A stretch of DNA of 64,000 nucleotides, from NCBI GenBank assembly GCA_013286655.1, contig JABDFG010000003.1, positions 8,906-72,905 of the forward strand. The letters are read 5' to 3'. The notes below the pieces were generated by a model. It had not been told where the DNA came from, made no database searches, and worked only from the letters and a program-made list of their open reading frames with translations. The DNA is from Bacteroidota bacterium. GTDB taxonomy: Bacteria > Bacteroidota > Bacteroidia > JABDFU01. The stretch's first letter is position 1. Each line of letters begins with the position of its first letter. Positions 1-9,357 of this stretch are shown here, in pieces. The translations under genes and the position numbers were made by a program.

Positions 1-786
1 CTGAATCATACTGCCGTTATTTTTACCAGTCGTAGTGCAGCTGACCATTTTTTCCGTATTTGCGGGGAAATGCGTGTTACCGTTCCGGAGAGCATGAAAT
101 ATTTCTGCATTTCTGAGTCAATTGCCTATTATCTGCAAAAGTATGTGCAATACCGCAAGCGTAAAATTTTCCATGGAAAGCAAACGTTTATTGACCTGAC
201 GGAAATTATAAAGAAACACCGGGAGGAATATTTTATGTTGCCTTGTTCGGATATTCATAAGGATGAAATTTCCGATTACCTGGATCAACAAAAAATAAGG
301 TACACGAAAACGGTTATGTTTAAAACGGTAACCAGTAACCTGAAGGATCTGAGTAACGTAAATTACGATATTCTGACATTTTTCAGCCCTACCGGGGTTA
401 AGTCGTTATTTAAGAATTTTCCGAAATTTAAACAAAATCAAACGCGTATTGCTGCTTTCGGCCCTTCAACTGCAAAAGCGGTCGAAGACGCGAAATTAAC
501 GCTTAATATTTATGCACCTACTCCGGAAGCTCCTTCTATGACGATGGCTCTGGAAAATTATATAAAAGCGCCCGATAAGGCGCCTGCAGTTGTGTCCTAC
601 CCCAAACCGGTACTGTCTTCGAAAGCTGTAATTGTCGCTAAATCTCCTGCTGTTGCCAGTAAAAAGGTAATTAATGTTGTCAAATCCGTTAAGAGCCGCA
701 AAGCTGTGAAGGCTTCTGTGAAAGTTTCCAAGTCGAAGAAGGTTTCCAAACCGGTAAAATCGGTCAAGCGCAAAAAAGGAAAATAA
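1..786 (+). CDS. hemD: uroporphyrinogen-III synthase (HemD-like), 5' end cut by the window edge, with a ~70-aa Lys/Val/Ser/Ala-rich C-terminal tail
   Basis: Frame 1 is open from nt 1 (LNHTAVIFTSRSAADHFF...) and is continuous with the 70..786 ORF. HemD-like segments TFFSPTGVKSLF and RIAAFGPSTAKAVED. The tail runs KSPAVASKKVINVVKSVKSRKAVKASVKVSKSKKVSKPVKSVKRKKGK. Confidence 0.7.
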   Translation: MNHTAVIFTSRSAADHFFRICGEMRVTVPESMKYFCISESIAYYLQKYVQYRKRKIFHGKQTFIDLTEIIKKHREEYFMLPCSDIHKDEISDYLDQQKIRYTKTVMFKTVTSNLKDLSNVNYDILTFFSPTGVKSLFKNFPKFKQNQTRIAAFGPSTAKAVEDAKLTLNIYAPTPEAPSMTMALENYIKAPDKAPAVVSYPKPVLSSKAVIVAKSPAVASKKVINVVKSVKSRKAVKASVKVSKSKKVSKPVKSVKRKKGK

Positions 787-1194
787 TTGCTAACTTTATT
801 GAACCAGACTTTTAAAAAGACGGAACGTCTTTGTAGCAAGATACTCATTGACAAGCTTTTTAAGTATGGGCGTTCTTTTACGTTGTTTCCTTTTCGGATT
901 GTCTGGCTGGAAGTAAAACTTGATTCTTCTTCTCCTGCGCAGGTTGTATTTTCTGTACCTAAAAGAGCATTTAAACGGGCTGTTGATCGCAATAAATTAA
1001 AAAGGCGTGCACGTGAGGCTTACCGGAAGCGTAAGTTTCAATTGTACGAATTTTTAAAATTGCATAATAAAACTATTGCACTGACAATTGTTTACTCGGC
1101 TAAAGAAAAAATGGAGTATACACTTATGGAGAACAAAATAAATCAGGTGATTGAACGTTTAATTAATGAGCTCGGAAATGAGTTGGCTGAATAA
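787..1194 (+). CDS. rnpA: ribonuclease P protein component
   Basis: Basic 135-aa protein with the RnpA core [30 protein letters not shown]. Conserved rnpA-yidD adjacency. TTG start directly after the hemD stop. Confidence 0.85.
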   Translation: MLTLLNQTFKKTERLCSKILIDKLFKYGRSFTLFPFRIVWLEVKLDSSSPAQVVFSVPKRAFKRAVDRNKLKRRAREAYRKRKFQLYEFLKLHNKTIALTIVYSAKEKMEYTLMENKINQVIERLINELGNELAE

Positions 1195-1408
1195 ATTTTT
1201 AAGCACGGTTTTTGTTTGTATCATCCGGATCTATCAGGGAGCTATTTCTCCTTATTTAATGCCTTCCTGCAGATATACGCCTTCCTGTTCCCAGTACGGG
1301 CTGGAGGCAATTGGAAAGTATGGACCGTTTAAGGGAGGATATTTAACTTTGAAACGCTTTTTATCCTGTCACCCCTGGGGAGGGCATGGAGAGGATTTGG
1401 TTCCTTGA
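1166..1408 (+). CDS. yidD: membrane protein insertion efficiency factor YidD
   Basis: [61 protein letters not shown] is a near-textbook YidD sequence. Overlaps the rnpA 3' end by 29 nt. Confidence 0.9.
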   Translation: MSSEMSWLNKFLSTVFVCIIRIYQGAISPYLMPSCRYTPSCSQYGLEAIGKYGPFKGGYLTLKRFLSCHPWGGHGEDLVP

Positions 1409-1411
1409 GAG

Positions 1412-1550
1412 AATTAAGGAATTAGGATTTGGGAAATGCGAAGCATTCATGAACTCAGATGAAGATAAAGGAAGAGATGTGAATAATAAGGAATTGGGAT
1501 TGGGATTGAGGATTGAGGATTTGGGATTTGGGATTCGGGAATAAGGAAGG
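1412..1550. repeat. degenerate tandem heptanucleotide repeat A(A/T)TN(A/G)GG in two blocks, intergenic
   Basis: Block 1 (1412-1440): aattaagg aattagg atttggg aaatgcg. Block 2 (1485-1550): aataagg aattggg attggg attgagg attgagg atttggg atttggg attcggg aataagg aagg. The blocks are nearly C-free on the + strand. Lies between the yidD stop and the S41 peptidase ATG (1569). Confidence 0.75.
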
Positions 1551-1568
1551 ATAAAAAAAATTATAAAG

Positions 1569-3311
1569 ATGAATAAATTGAAAAAAATTTCCAGAAAAGC
1601 CAAGCTATGGATACTGGTGGTGACTATAATCGGCTCTGCGGTTATTTCCTATAGTTTCGTTGACAATTATTTCGAGATATCGAAGAACCTCGACATTTTC
1701 GCCACCTTGTTTAAAGAGCTTAACTCGCACTACGTGGACGAAACGAACCCGGGAGAATTAATGAAAAAGGGTATTGACGAAATGCTGGAGTCACTCGACC
1801 CCTATACTAATTATATTCCTGAGTCGGATATCGAAGATTATAAATACATGATGACCGGACAATATGGGGGAATCGGTGCGTTGATCCGTCAGCATGGGGA
1901 TAAAATAATGATAGCGGAGCCGTATGAGGGGAAACCTGCTCAGAAATCGGATCTCAGGGCTGGTGATGTTATTGTTGAGGTAAATGGGGTGGACGTTAAA
2001 GGGAAGAAAACAGATGAGGTAAGTAAATTACTGAAAGGTCAGCCGAATACTCCTGTGAAGATCTTATTGGAACGTGAAGGAGAAAAAAAACCATTGGAAA
2101 AAAGTGTTGTCCGCGAGGAAATTAAAATTCCGAGCGTAAGCTATTCCGGTATGATATCGGATCATGTTGGACTCATTAAATTAACTGGATTTACGGATAA
2201 TGCAGCGGCTGAAGTGAAAGACGCATTGCTTGAGCTGAAGAAGAATCCTCAGTTCAACTACCTGGTTTTTGATCTGCGTAATAACCCTGGTGGACTATTG
2301 AAGGAAGCCATTGATATTGTGAATCTGTTTGTAGATAAGGGACAGGATATTGTCAGTACAAAGGGGAAAGTAAAGGACTGGGATAAAACGCATACTGCCC
2401 AGAATGCGCCTGTTGATACGGTTACTCCGATCGTTGTGCTTGTTAACCGTGGTTCGGCATCGGCTTCTGAAATTGTGTCAGGGGCTCTGCAGGATCTGGA
2501 CCGCGCCGTTATTATCGGTCAGCGTAGCTTTGGTAAAGGTCTTGTTCAGCAAACATTGCCGCTGAGCTATAATGCTCAGCTGAAAGTGACCGTGGCTAAA
2601 TATTATATTCCGAGTGGTCGCTGTATCCAGGCGCTTAATTATTCTCACCGGAATGAAGACGGCAGTGTCGATAAAGTTCCTGATTCACTGATCACGGCAT
2701 TTAAAACGGTCAGGAACAAACGTATTGTATACGATGGCGCCGGCATCGCTCCTGATGTGGCATTGGAACCTCAGAAATATTCAAACATTTCAGTGAGCCT
2801 GCTCAATAAGTCATTTATTTTTGATTACGCTACAATGTACCGGTTTTCTCATCCGACGATTCCATCTGCTAAAAATTTTCAGTTGAGTGATGCAGAATAC
2901 GATGAGTTTGTAGCCTATCTGAAAGACAAGGAGTATGATTATAAAACCAAGACGGAAAAGCTGATGGAAGATGTGAAGAAAAGTTCGGAAGAGGAAAAGA
3001 GTTACGAAGTGGCGAAGCCCGAATTCGAGGCTCTGGATGCCAAGCTGGCACACAGCAAAAGTGAGGATCTCAAAAAGTACAAGGATGAAATAAGGGATCT
3101 TCTGGATGAGGAAATTGCTTCTCGTTACTATTTTCAAAAAGGCAGACTGGATGCTTTTATCAAATCGGATACGGAGGTTGCTGAGGCTTTAAAAGTACTG
3201 AATGACGGTAACCGGTATCGGTCTATCCTGACGACGATTGAAAAACCTACTCATCCTTTTCATGCGGATAAGTTTAAAGTAAAGGACAAAATGACGAGCG
3301 GACAAAACTAA
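1569..3311 (+). CDS. S41 family carboxy-terminal processing peptidase (PDZ-containing)
   Basis: N-terminal membrane anchor, PDZ segment LRAGDVIVEVNGVDVKGK, S41 catalytic region VNRGSASASEIVSGALQD ... GQRSFGKGLVQ. Confidence 0.85.
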   Translation: MNKLKKISRKAKLWILVVTIIGSAVISYSFVDNYFEISKNLDIFATLFKELNSHYVDETNPGELMKKGIDEMLESLDPYTNYIPESDIEDYKYMMTGQYGGIGALIRQHGDKIMIAEPYEGKPAQKSDLRAGDVIVEVNGVDVKGKKTDEVSKLLKGQPNTPVKILLEREGEKKPLEKSVVREEIKIPSVSYSGMISDHVGLIKLTGFTDNAAAEVKDALLELKKNPQFNYLVFDLRNNPGGLLKEAIDIVNLFVDKGQDIVSTKGKVKDWDKTHTAQNAPVDTVTPIVVLVNRGSASASEIVSGALQDLDRAVIIGQRSFGKGLVQQTLPLSYNAQLKVTVAKYYIPSGRCIQALNYSHRNEDGSVDKVPDSLITAFKTVRNKRIVYDGAGIAPDVALEPQKYSNISVSLLNKSFIFDYATMYRFSHPTIPSAKNFQLSDAEYDEFVAYLKDKEYDYKTKTEKLMEDVKKSSEEEKSYEVAKPEFEALDAKLAHSKSEDLKKYKDEIRDLLDEEIASRYYFQKGRLDAFIKSDTEVAEALKVLNDGNRYRSILTTIEKPTHPFHADKFKVKDKMTSGQN

Positions 3312-3320
3312 TCCGCCGTT

Positions 3321-4919
3321 ATGCTTTCCCTTCCTTCGCAATTACCGAGAAAAATTTATTTAGCCGGTCTGGCTATTGTGGCTATTGGAATGCCGGTATC
3401 GGTATTTTTAATGAGTATCGGGCAATTTATTGTTTTAGCGGGAATTCTGCTGGATGGCCATTATTCGGAAAGAATAGAACGTTTCTGGAAAAACAAAATG
3501 GCCGTACTGGTAAGTTCGGTTCTGCTCTTCCATCTCCTGGGATTGTTTTATACCACTGATTTTGATTACGGCCTTAAAGACATTCGCATAAAGGCGCCTT
3601 TGTTTTTATTGCCTTTATTTGTGGCAAGTTCCGAACCTCTTTCAAAAAAATCATTCAACTGGCTCCTGGCTGTCTTTGTGGGGGCTGTCACGGTAGGTAC
3701 ATGGATCAGCATGGGTGTTTATTATGGGTTGATCCCTACCCGTCATCCGGTTGTGGATACCCGGGGTATTTCCATCTTCATTTCCCATATACGTTTCAGT
3801 ATGATGATTGCGTTTTCTGTTTTTATAAGTGCGTATTATTTTTATCACGAAACGTTTGTTCTTAAAAAAATAGTGTATGCTTCGGTAATTATCTGGTTGA
3901 TTGTTTTCCTGATCATTCTGAATGCCCTGACGGGTATTATGACCTTCGTCGCTGTAATTTTTATATTAATGCTATACGGCATCTTTACTTTAAAGAGTTC
4001 TGTATTAAGGATTTCCTCTCTTTTGTCTTTCCTGGTATTGATCACCGGCCTTTTTTTCTATGTCAGAACACTCCTGAAAGAGGCTGATTTCGATCAGGTT
4101 GTTACTGTTCCTGTTGATCTTTCAAAACTGGAGAGCCGGACTGCTTTAGGAAATCCATACGTAAACGACACCTTGAATGCGGCAACGGAAAATGGAAACC
4201 GCTTGTGGATTTATGTTTGTGAGCCAGAACTCCGGCAAGCCTGGAATGAACGTTCGGCTGTTGATTTTGAAGGTCGGAACAAGAAAGGGGATTTTGTTAA
4301 ATATACCCTGATACGCTATTTAGCATCCAAGGGTTTGCGCAAGGATGCTGCTGCCGTTCAATCGCTGAGTAAGGAGGAAATAAAATCAATTGAGAAAGGT
4401 GTAGGGAATGTCAATTATATTGGAAAACCAAGGCTCACTGTTCGTTTGATGGAAACGTTTTGGGAGTTTAAGGGTTATCTGATGGGAGCAAGTCCGAACG
4501 GTCATTCAACTGTTATGCGATTGGAATTCTGGAGGGCAGCTCTTGGGATCATTCAGGCACATCCAATTCTTGGTGTCGGAACAGGAGATGTGAAGGATGC
4601 TTTTGACCGGCAATACCAGCAGATTAATTCTTCCCTGGATCTACCACATCGCCTGCGTTCGCATAATCAGTTTTTATCTATCACCGTCGCGTTTGGGTTT
4701 ATCGGTTTGCTGTGGTTTTTAACTGCCCTGATTTACCCGATGGTAAAAATGAAAAAGATTTTCGATTATTTTTATGCGGTATTTTTTATCATTTTCTTTT
4801 TATCCTTGTTTATGGAGGATACGCTTGAGTCTCAAGCAGGTGTGACTTTTTATGCCTTTTTTAATGCTATTTTATTGTTCGCCAGGCCTTCATCCGGTCC
4901 GCAACTCCGGCAGGACTAA
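3321..4919 (+). CDS. O-antigen ligase (Wzy_C/RfaL-like) family polytopic membrane protein
   Basis: 532 aa with many hydrophobic helices, a large soluble loop, and HRLRSHNQFLSITVAFGFIGLLWF typical of O-antigen ligase-like proteins. Adjacent to GT9/GT2 genes. Confidence 0.6.
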   Translation: MLSLPSQLPRKIYLAGLAIVAIGMPVSVFLMSIGQFIVLAGILLDGHYSERIERFWKNKMAVLVSSVLLFHLLGLFYTTDFDYGLKDIRIKAPLFLLPLFVASSEPLSKKSFNWLLAVFVGAVTVGTWISMGVYYGLIPTRHPVVDTRGISIFISHIRFSMMIAFSVFISAYYFYHETFVLKKIVYASVIIWLIVFLIILNALTGIMTFVAVIFILMLYGIFTLKSSVLRISSLLSFLVLITGLFFYVRTLLKEADFDQVVTVPVDLSKLESRTALGNPYVNDTLNAATENGNRLWIYVCEPELRQAWNERSAVDFEGRNKKGDFVKYTLIRYLASKGLRKDAAAVQSLSKEEIKSIEKGVGNVNYIGKPRLTVRLMETFWEFKGYLMGASPNGHSTVMRLEFWRAALGIIQAHPILGVGTGDVKDAFDRQYQQINSSLDLPHRLRSHNQFLSITVAFGFIGLLWFLTALIYPMVKMKKIFDYFYAVFFIIFFLSLFMEDTLESQAGVTFYAFFNAILLFARPSSGPQLRQD

Positions 4920-5898
4920 TCTCGTTTATGCAATGGCATTGCTGGGGATTTTTACGGCAATCGCTGCATTTTTTATCCGTACTCAACGCAAATGCTTTCG
5001 GACCTATCGGTTTCCAGCGGCCAGGGTGCATGGGCCTTATGTTGGGAAATAATCCGATGGCGCCGACCTTTGCCGCCGCTGCAATGTGCAGAGGGCCGGT
5101 ACTTGCTGCGACTAAATAGTCTGCCTGGCTGATGAAGGCGATAAATTCCTTTAAGCTAAACCTTCCTGAAACATCTATTACAGTGGCCGGCAAGGTTTTT
5201 ATCCAATCGGAAAGCCCTGTTTTTTCGGTATCGGTTCCACTGATAAATACCTGGTAATATTCAGGGGATAATAAATCGATCAGCTTTTTGTAATTGTCAA
5301 GACTCCATTCCCGGGCACTGGCATTTGATTTTGGGTGGAGGATCACATTGATCTTATTGTTGCTGAGGAGCTTTGCACTATTTTCAGGTAATGCAGGGAT
5401 TTTTGAAAACCCGGTGTATACTGACATTTCCTGCAGGCTGGGTATTTCGTAAATACCCAGTGGTTCGAGTAATTTACAATTGAGCTGAGATTCGTGTAAG
5501 CTGGAGTTTTTCCTGCTCAGCCGGACTAATTTATTTACAGTGCTCCAATGGAAAATGCGATTGGTGGTGCCTATCCTGTACTTAATACCGATCTGTTTCG
5601 CCAGCCGTGCAATTTCTTTGTGAGGAAAGACATGAATAATAACATCTGCATTTAACCCTGCCAGTTCGATAAGTGCTTGCTTTTTTGGTTGCTTTAGCAG
5701 CTTATCCGCATTGACAAATTCGTCCACATACTCGCAACAGTTGATGACAGGCTGTGTATAGCTGCGCCCCAGGAACAGCAGCTGAGCCGCAGGATAATAT
5801 TTTTTTAGCAGGCCACACAGCGGGAGTGTCAGTATGACGTCTCCAATCGCATCGGTACGACTGATCAGAATACGTTTAATGGCAAGGTTAGCTGACAA
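4867..5898 (-). CDS. glycosyltransferase family 9 (LPS heptosyltransferase-like)
   Basis: N-terminal ILISRTDAIGDVILTLPL motif and GT9-like C-terminal half (STGPLHIAAA). Confidence 0.8.
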   Translation of the reverse strand: MSANLAIKRILISRTDAIGDVILTLPLCGLLKKYYPAAQLLFLGRSYTQPVINCCEYVDEFVNADKLLKQPKKQALIELAGLNADVIIHVFPHKEIARLAKQIGIKYRIGTTNRIFHWSTVNKLVRLSRKNSSLHESQLNCKLLEPLGIYEIPSLQEMSVYTGFSKIPALPENSAKLLSNNKINVILHPKSNASAREWSLDNYKKLIDLLSPEYYQVFISGTDTEKTGLSDWIKTLPATVIDVSGRFSLKEFIAFISQADYLVAASTGPLHIAAAAKVGAIGLFPNIRPMHPGRWKPIGPKAFALSTDKKCSDCRKNPQQCHCINEISPAGVADRMKAWRTIK

Positions 5899-6655
5899 AT
5901 TTTCCCTTGGTTTGAGAGAGTTCGTTTATTTTTTTGTATTTCAGATAGCTTGCAAAGGCGGAGATCCGGCAGACCTGGAATCCTGCTGTCCCATCCAGGA
6001 ATCCCAATTGCAGGAAGTAGCTTTGGATGAATTTAAGAAGGGGGCTCAGGTATAATTTGTACGCCGGATTTTTATTCCCCTGGGAATAAAAGTGTTTTGC
6101 AGCAATCGTTGTAAACTTGTCTGCTTGCTGCAGGTGCTGGGCTTTGTCGTAATAGCTATAATGGAGGCAGTCGCCTGCGAGGTGAACGACCGGAGTGTTT
6201 TTTGTGAAGTTTAATTTTTCGTGGATCACTCCTTCCCAGTGCGCAATCGTGCGATCGAATATCCTGATTTTTGTGTCCGGATACCATCCGCAATGCCGGA
6301 TCCATTTGCCGCAATAATTGGTCATGCGATCGAATTCGCAGGTAAGCAGTTGATCGCCTTGTTTCAGTTTTTCAATGGATTGTGCTAATTCTGCCGACAA
6401 GGCTTCGTCGGCATCCAGGGATAAAATCCAATTGTATTTTGCTGAATTATTCGCGAAATTTTTGGTGAGGGAATAACCTTCCCAGGAGTGGGTAATGAAA
6501 TTCACCGGATAACGTTCACAGATTTTACGCGTGCTATCGGTCGAAAAAGAATCAACCACTACAATGTCGTCGGCAATGGATTTTACGGAATCGAGACAGC
6601 GGGCGATGTTCCGTTCTTCATTGTGCGTAATGATTACAACTGACAGGGGAAGCAT
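5888..6655 (-). CDS. glycosyltransferase family 2
   Basis: LSVVIITHNEERNIARCLDSV ... DDIVVVDSFSTDST ... LSLDADE (GT2 fold with DXD). 11-nt overlap with the downstream GT9 gene. Confidence 0.85.
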   Translation of the reverse strand: MLPLSVVIITHNEERNIARCLDSVKSIADDIVVVDSFSTDSTRKICERYPVNFITHSWEGYSLTKNFANNSAKYNWILSLDADEALSAELAQSIEKLKQGDQLLTCEFDRMTNYCGKWIRHCGWYPDTKIRIFDRTIAHWEGVIHEKLNFTKNTPVVHLAGDCLHYSYYDKAQHLQQADKFTTIAAKHFYSQGNKNPAYKLYLSPLLKFIQSYFLQLGFLDGTAGFQVCRISAFASYLKYKKINELSQTKGKFVS

Positions 6656-6702
6656 GTCTGTAAAATTACGATTATTTGCTATGCTTAAGTATCTTTGTGG
6701 GG

Positions 6703-7614
6703 ATGAGCGAAAAAATCGAGCAACTTCTTGCGGGCTTGGGGCAGGGCGATAAAAAAGCCCTGGCGCGTTGCATTACCATTGTGGAAAATGAATTGGAGGG
6801 TTACGAAGAGTTACTTTATTCCCTTCCGCAAAAAAATACGATTCCTGTTATTGGTATTACCGGGCCTCCCGGTGCGGGGAAGAGTACGCTAATTAATTCC
6901 GTGATTAAAATGCTGACCGCTGACAATAAAAAGATCGGAATTATTGCGATTGATCCAACTTCTCCGTTTAATTATGGTTCCTTATTGGGGGATCGTCTGC
7001 GTATGGCGGAGCATTTTACCAATGAGGATGTGTTTATTCGTTCCCTGGCCACCCGTGGTTCATTGGGTGGCTTATCGGCTAAAATTCTGGAAGTAGTGGA
7101 TGTGATGAAGGGATTTGATTTTGATTACCTGTTTGTGGAGACGGTTGGCGTGGGGCAAAGTGAAATTGAAATTGTGGGCCTGGCGGATCTTACAATACTG
7201 GTGCTTGTGCCTGAGTCGGGAGATGAGGTGCAGACCATCAAATCCGGAGTGATGGAAATTGCGGATATTTTTGTCGTGAATAAATCGGATCGTGCGGGTG
7301 CTTCCGCTTTCGTGAAAAATATTCTTACGCTGGTTCATTCCCGCCTTGGAAAGGAAGACGAAGTGGCAACTCCTGTTATACGGGCCGTTGCCGTCAGCGG
7401 TGAAGGAACGGCTGAACTTATTCAAGCGATCGGAGAAATACATCAACATAAAATAAACAGTAAACGGTCTTTTTTATTAACGGAGAAGGCTTACCGCCTG
7501 ATTCAGAATAAACGCATGAAGGATGTGCAGAAAGGGAATTTACAAAAAATGATCGAAGTGGAATCCGGTAAGCCCGGGTTTAATTTGTATGCGTTTGTGA
7601 GGGAGTTTCAATAA
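6703..7614 (+). CDS. meaB: G3E-family GTPase MeaB/ArgK (methylmalonyl-CoA mutase-associated GTPase)
   Basis: P-loop GITGPPGAGKSTLI, VETVGVGQSE, VVNKSD. The ORF opens at 6676, but ATG 6703 (MSEKIEQLL) is the more likely start. Confidence 0.8.
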   Translation: MSEKIEQLLAGLGQGDKKALARCITIVENELEGYEELLYSLPQKNTIPVIGITGPPGAGKSTLINSVIKMLTADNKKIGIIAIDPTSPFNYGSLLGDRLRMAEHFTNEDVFIRSLATRGSLGGLSAKILEVVDVMKGFDFDYLFVETVGVGQSEIEIVGLADLTILVLVPESGDEVQTIKSGVMEIADIFVVNKSDRAGASAFVKNILTLVHSRLGKEDEVATPVIRAVAVSGEGTAELIQAIGEIHQHKINSKRSFLLTEKAYRLIQNKRMKDVQKGNLQKMIEVESGKPGFNLYAFVREFQ

Positions 7615-7893
7615 AAACAGTTCACTCTCAAATCTCCACCCCCTGCTAAATTAAATTATAGGAGTTTAATGTTAATTTGCAATAAAGTTGCACATAATTG
7701 CTATAATAATACATTTATCCTATTAATGAAATGATGACCTATAGATAGGAGTTTAATATTGAGGGTAGAATTAATTGACAAGTGGAAACCAAATACATAA
7801 TTTTATCGTAAATAGATCTATCAGTAAATGAGGGTCTAAGAGGAGATGATTGGACGATAGCAAACGGAAGGAAGCAATGAATAAAATAAAACT

Positions 7894-9357
7894 ATGAAAA
7901 CAGGAAGACTACTTTTAACATCCTTGATCTTTATTACTTTAATAAGTTCAGGGTTTGCCCAGCTTAAAAATAAATCAACAAATTCTAATAGCCGCCTTGC
8001 TGCGCAGGGGTTCGCCAGCTTATTAGATAGTAGTTATTCATGGTTATGGGATACCATTTACCATAGGTGGAATTTTTCAGCCAGGAATGTGGGTATTACC
8101 TATGATGCAAGAAACAACAAAATAAGTGGAATAAGTGAAAGCTGGATAAACGGGGAATGGGTAAAGGGAGTTAGAGATCTCTATACTTATGATGCAAATA
8201 ATAACACAACGAATGTACTAGCGCAAGGATGGACAAGCGGCTCGTGGGTGAATGGTTATCAAATGATCTATGCCTACAATGCTGATAATAAGATGACAAA
8301 TGAACTAGACCAGAGTTGGATAAATGGTGTATTGGAGAGCACCAATCAATACCTTTATACCTACGATGCCAATAATAACGTGACTGGTTTCCTAATAAAA
8401 AACCCAATGGGTGATTCGTTGGTGAATTCCTTTCAAACTCTCAATACCTACGATGCAAACAATAACCAGACAAGTCAACTTCAACAGAATTGGACAAATG
8501 GCGTATGGGTGAATGGAGGTCTGTACCTCTCCACCTATGACGCAAATAATAACAAGACAACTCAAACAAAACAAAATTGGACAAACGGAGAATGGGATAA
8601 TTCTAATCGAAACGTCTATGCCTACGATGCAAACAATAACGATACAATTCTAATATACCAGGAATGGATAGGAGCCGGATGGCAGGATGTAAATCAATCC
8701 TTCTATACCTATGATGCAAACCATAACCAGACAAGTCAAATGATTCAGTTATTGAATAATTATGTATGGGTGAATTCTAATCAAAATCTTTCAACCTATG
8801 ATTCAAAAAACAACAAGACAAGTATAATATATCAGTCATGGCGTAATAATGCATGGGAGAATTACAATCAAACCCTCTATACGTATGATGCAAATAATAA
8901 CCAGACGAGTGTCACATACCTGGTATGGAGTAATAATGTATGGGTGAATTACTCTCAATACCTCCATACTTATGATGTGAACAATAATAACATAAGTTCG
9001 TCGAGCAAATCCTGGAGCAATTACCACAGTTCATGGATCAACTTGGATAGCACTTATTCTTATTACAGCAAGCATACTATTATTACGACAGGAATAAACA
9101 CATTTAAAAATGACAAGGGTATCTCTGTTTTCCCAAACCCGAGCAGTGGCCAGATGACCGTGCACCTGGCAGGAAATGGGTATACACTTTTGAAAATAGC
9201 CGACCTGTTGGGAAGGGAAGCGTATACTCAGGTTTTATATCCTGATCAAAGTGATGCGAACTTGAGTATACATATTTCGGGTGTAAGTAATGGCATCTAC
9301 CTTTTGCAGGTTTCAATGCCCGGTCAGGTTATCAGCAGACGGCTTGTCATACAATAG
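7894..9357 (+). CDS. secreted T9SS cargo protein built from 11 exact 29-aa W..NG.W / YTYDANNN (YD-like) repeats
   Basis: Signal peptide (LIFITLISSGFAQ). The Y-D dipeptide recurs at residues 70/71, 99/100, 128/129 ... 360/361 (constant 29-aa period). C-terminal type-A sorting domain VFPNPSSGQMTVHL...GIYLLQV...RLVIQ. Confidence 0.7.
   Translation: MKTGRLLLTSLIFITLISSGFAQLKNKSTNSNSRLAAQGFASLLDSSYSWLWDTIYHRWNFSARNVGITYDARNNKISGISESWINGEWVKGVRDLYTYDANNNTTNVLAQGWTSGSWVNGYQMIYAYNADNKMTNELDQSWINGVLESTNQYLYTYDANNNVTGFLIKNPMGDSLVNSFQTLNTYDANNNQTSQLQQNWTNGVWVNGGLYLSTYDANNNKTTQTKQNWTNGEWDNSNRNVYAYDANNNDTILIYQEWIGAGWQDVNQSFYTYDANHNQTSQMIQLLNNYVWVNSNQNLSTYDSKNNKTSIIYQSWRNNAWENYNQTLYTYDANNNQTSVTYLVWSNNVWVNYSQYLHTYDVNNNNISSSSKSWSNYHSSWINLDSTYSYYSKHTIITTGINTFKNDKGISVFPNPSSGQMTVHLAGNGYTLLKIADLLGREAYTQVLYPDQSDANLSIHISGVSNGIYLLQVSMPGQVISRRLVIQ
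8071..9063 (+). repeat. intragenic tandem array, 87-bp (29-codon) period, about 11 units
   Basis: Recurrent ta(t/c)ac(c/t)ta(c/t)gatgcaaa(c/t)aataac (YTYDANNN) words at a fixed 87-bp spacing. Confidence 0.75.

Noticed and set aside
1496-1539. Possible G-quadruplex from the GGG runs in the heptamer tract.
   Set aside because: Only three GGG runs have short loops (ggg-attt-ggg-attc-ggg). The other runs are separated by an 18-nt loop or are only GG. So it is at best a weak non-canonical G4 and is kept only as a remark in the repeat finding.
1361-1603. 80-aa minus-strand ORF rich in PNP/NPN (IPNPKSSILNPNPNS...).
   Set aside because: It is the reverse-complement reading of the heptanucleotide repeat tract. 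A 7-nt period cannot maintain a reading frame meaningfully, and the ORF overlaps the yidD end and the peptidase start.
4867-4919. 53-nt overlap of the convergent 3' ends of the O-antigen-ligase-like and GT9 genes.
   Set aside because: This is probably just unconstrained C-terminal tails running to the first stop (ARPSSGPQLRQD* and ...ADRMKAWRTIK*). There is no evidence of functional antisense coupling.
6703-7614. MeaB GTPase without an adjacent methylmalonyl-CoA mutase gene.
   Set aside because: The mutase genes may simply lie elsewhere in the genome, which cannot be assessed from this window.
7658-7757. 13-bp direct repeat ataggagtttaat (7658 and 7745) and related words at ~10470.
   Set aside because: These are short purine/T-rich words in AT-rich intergenic DNA, so chance recurrence is plausible. 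They are mentioned only as context in other findings.
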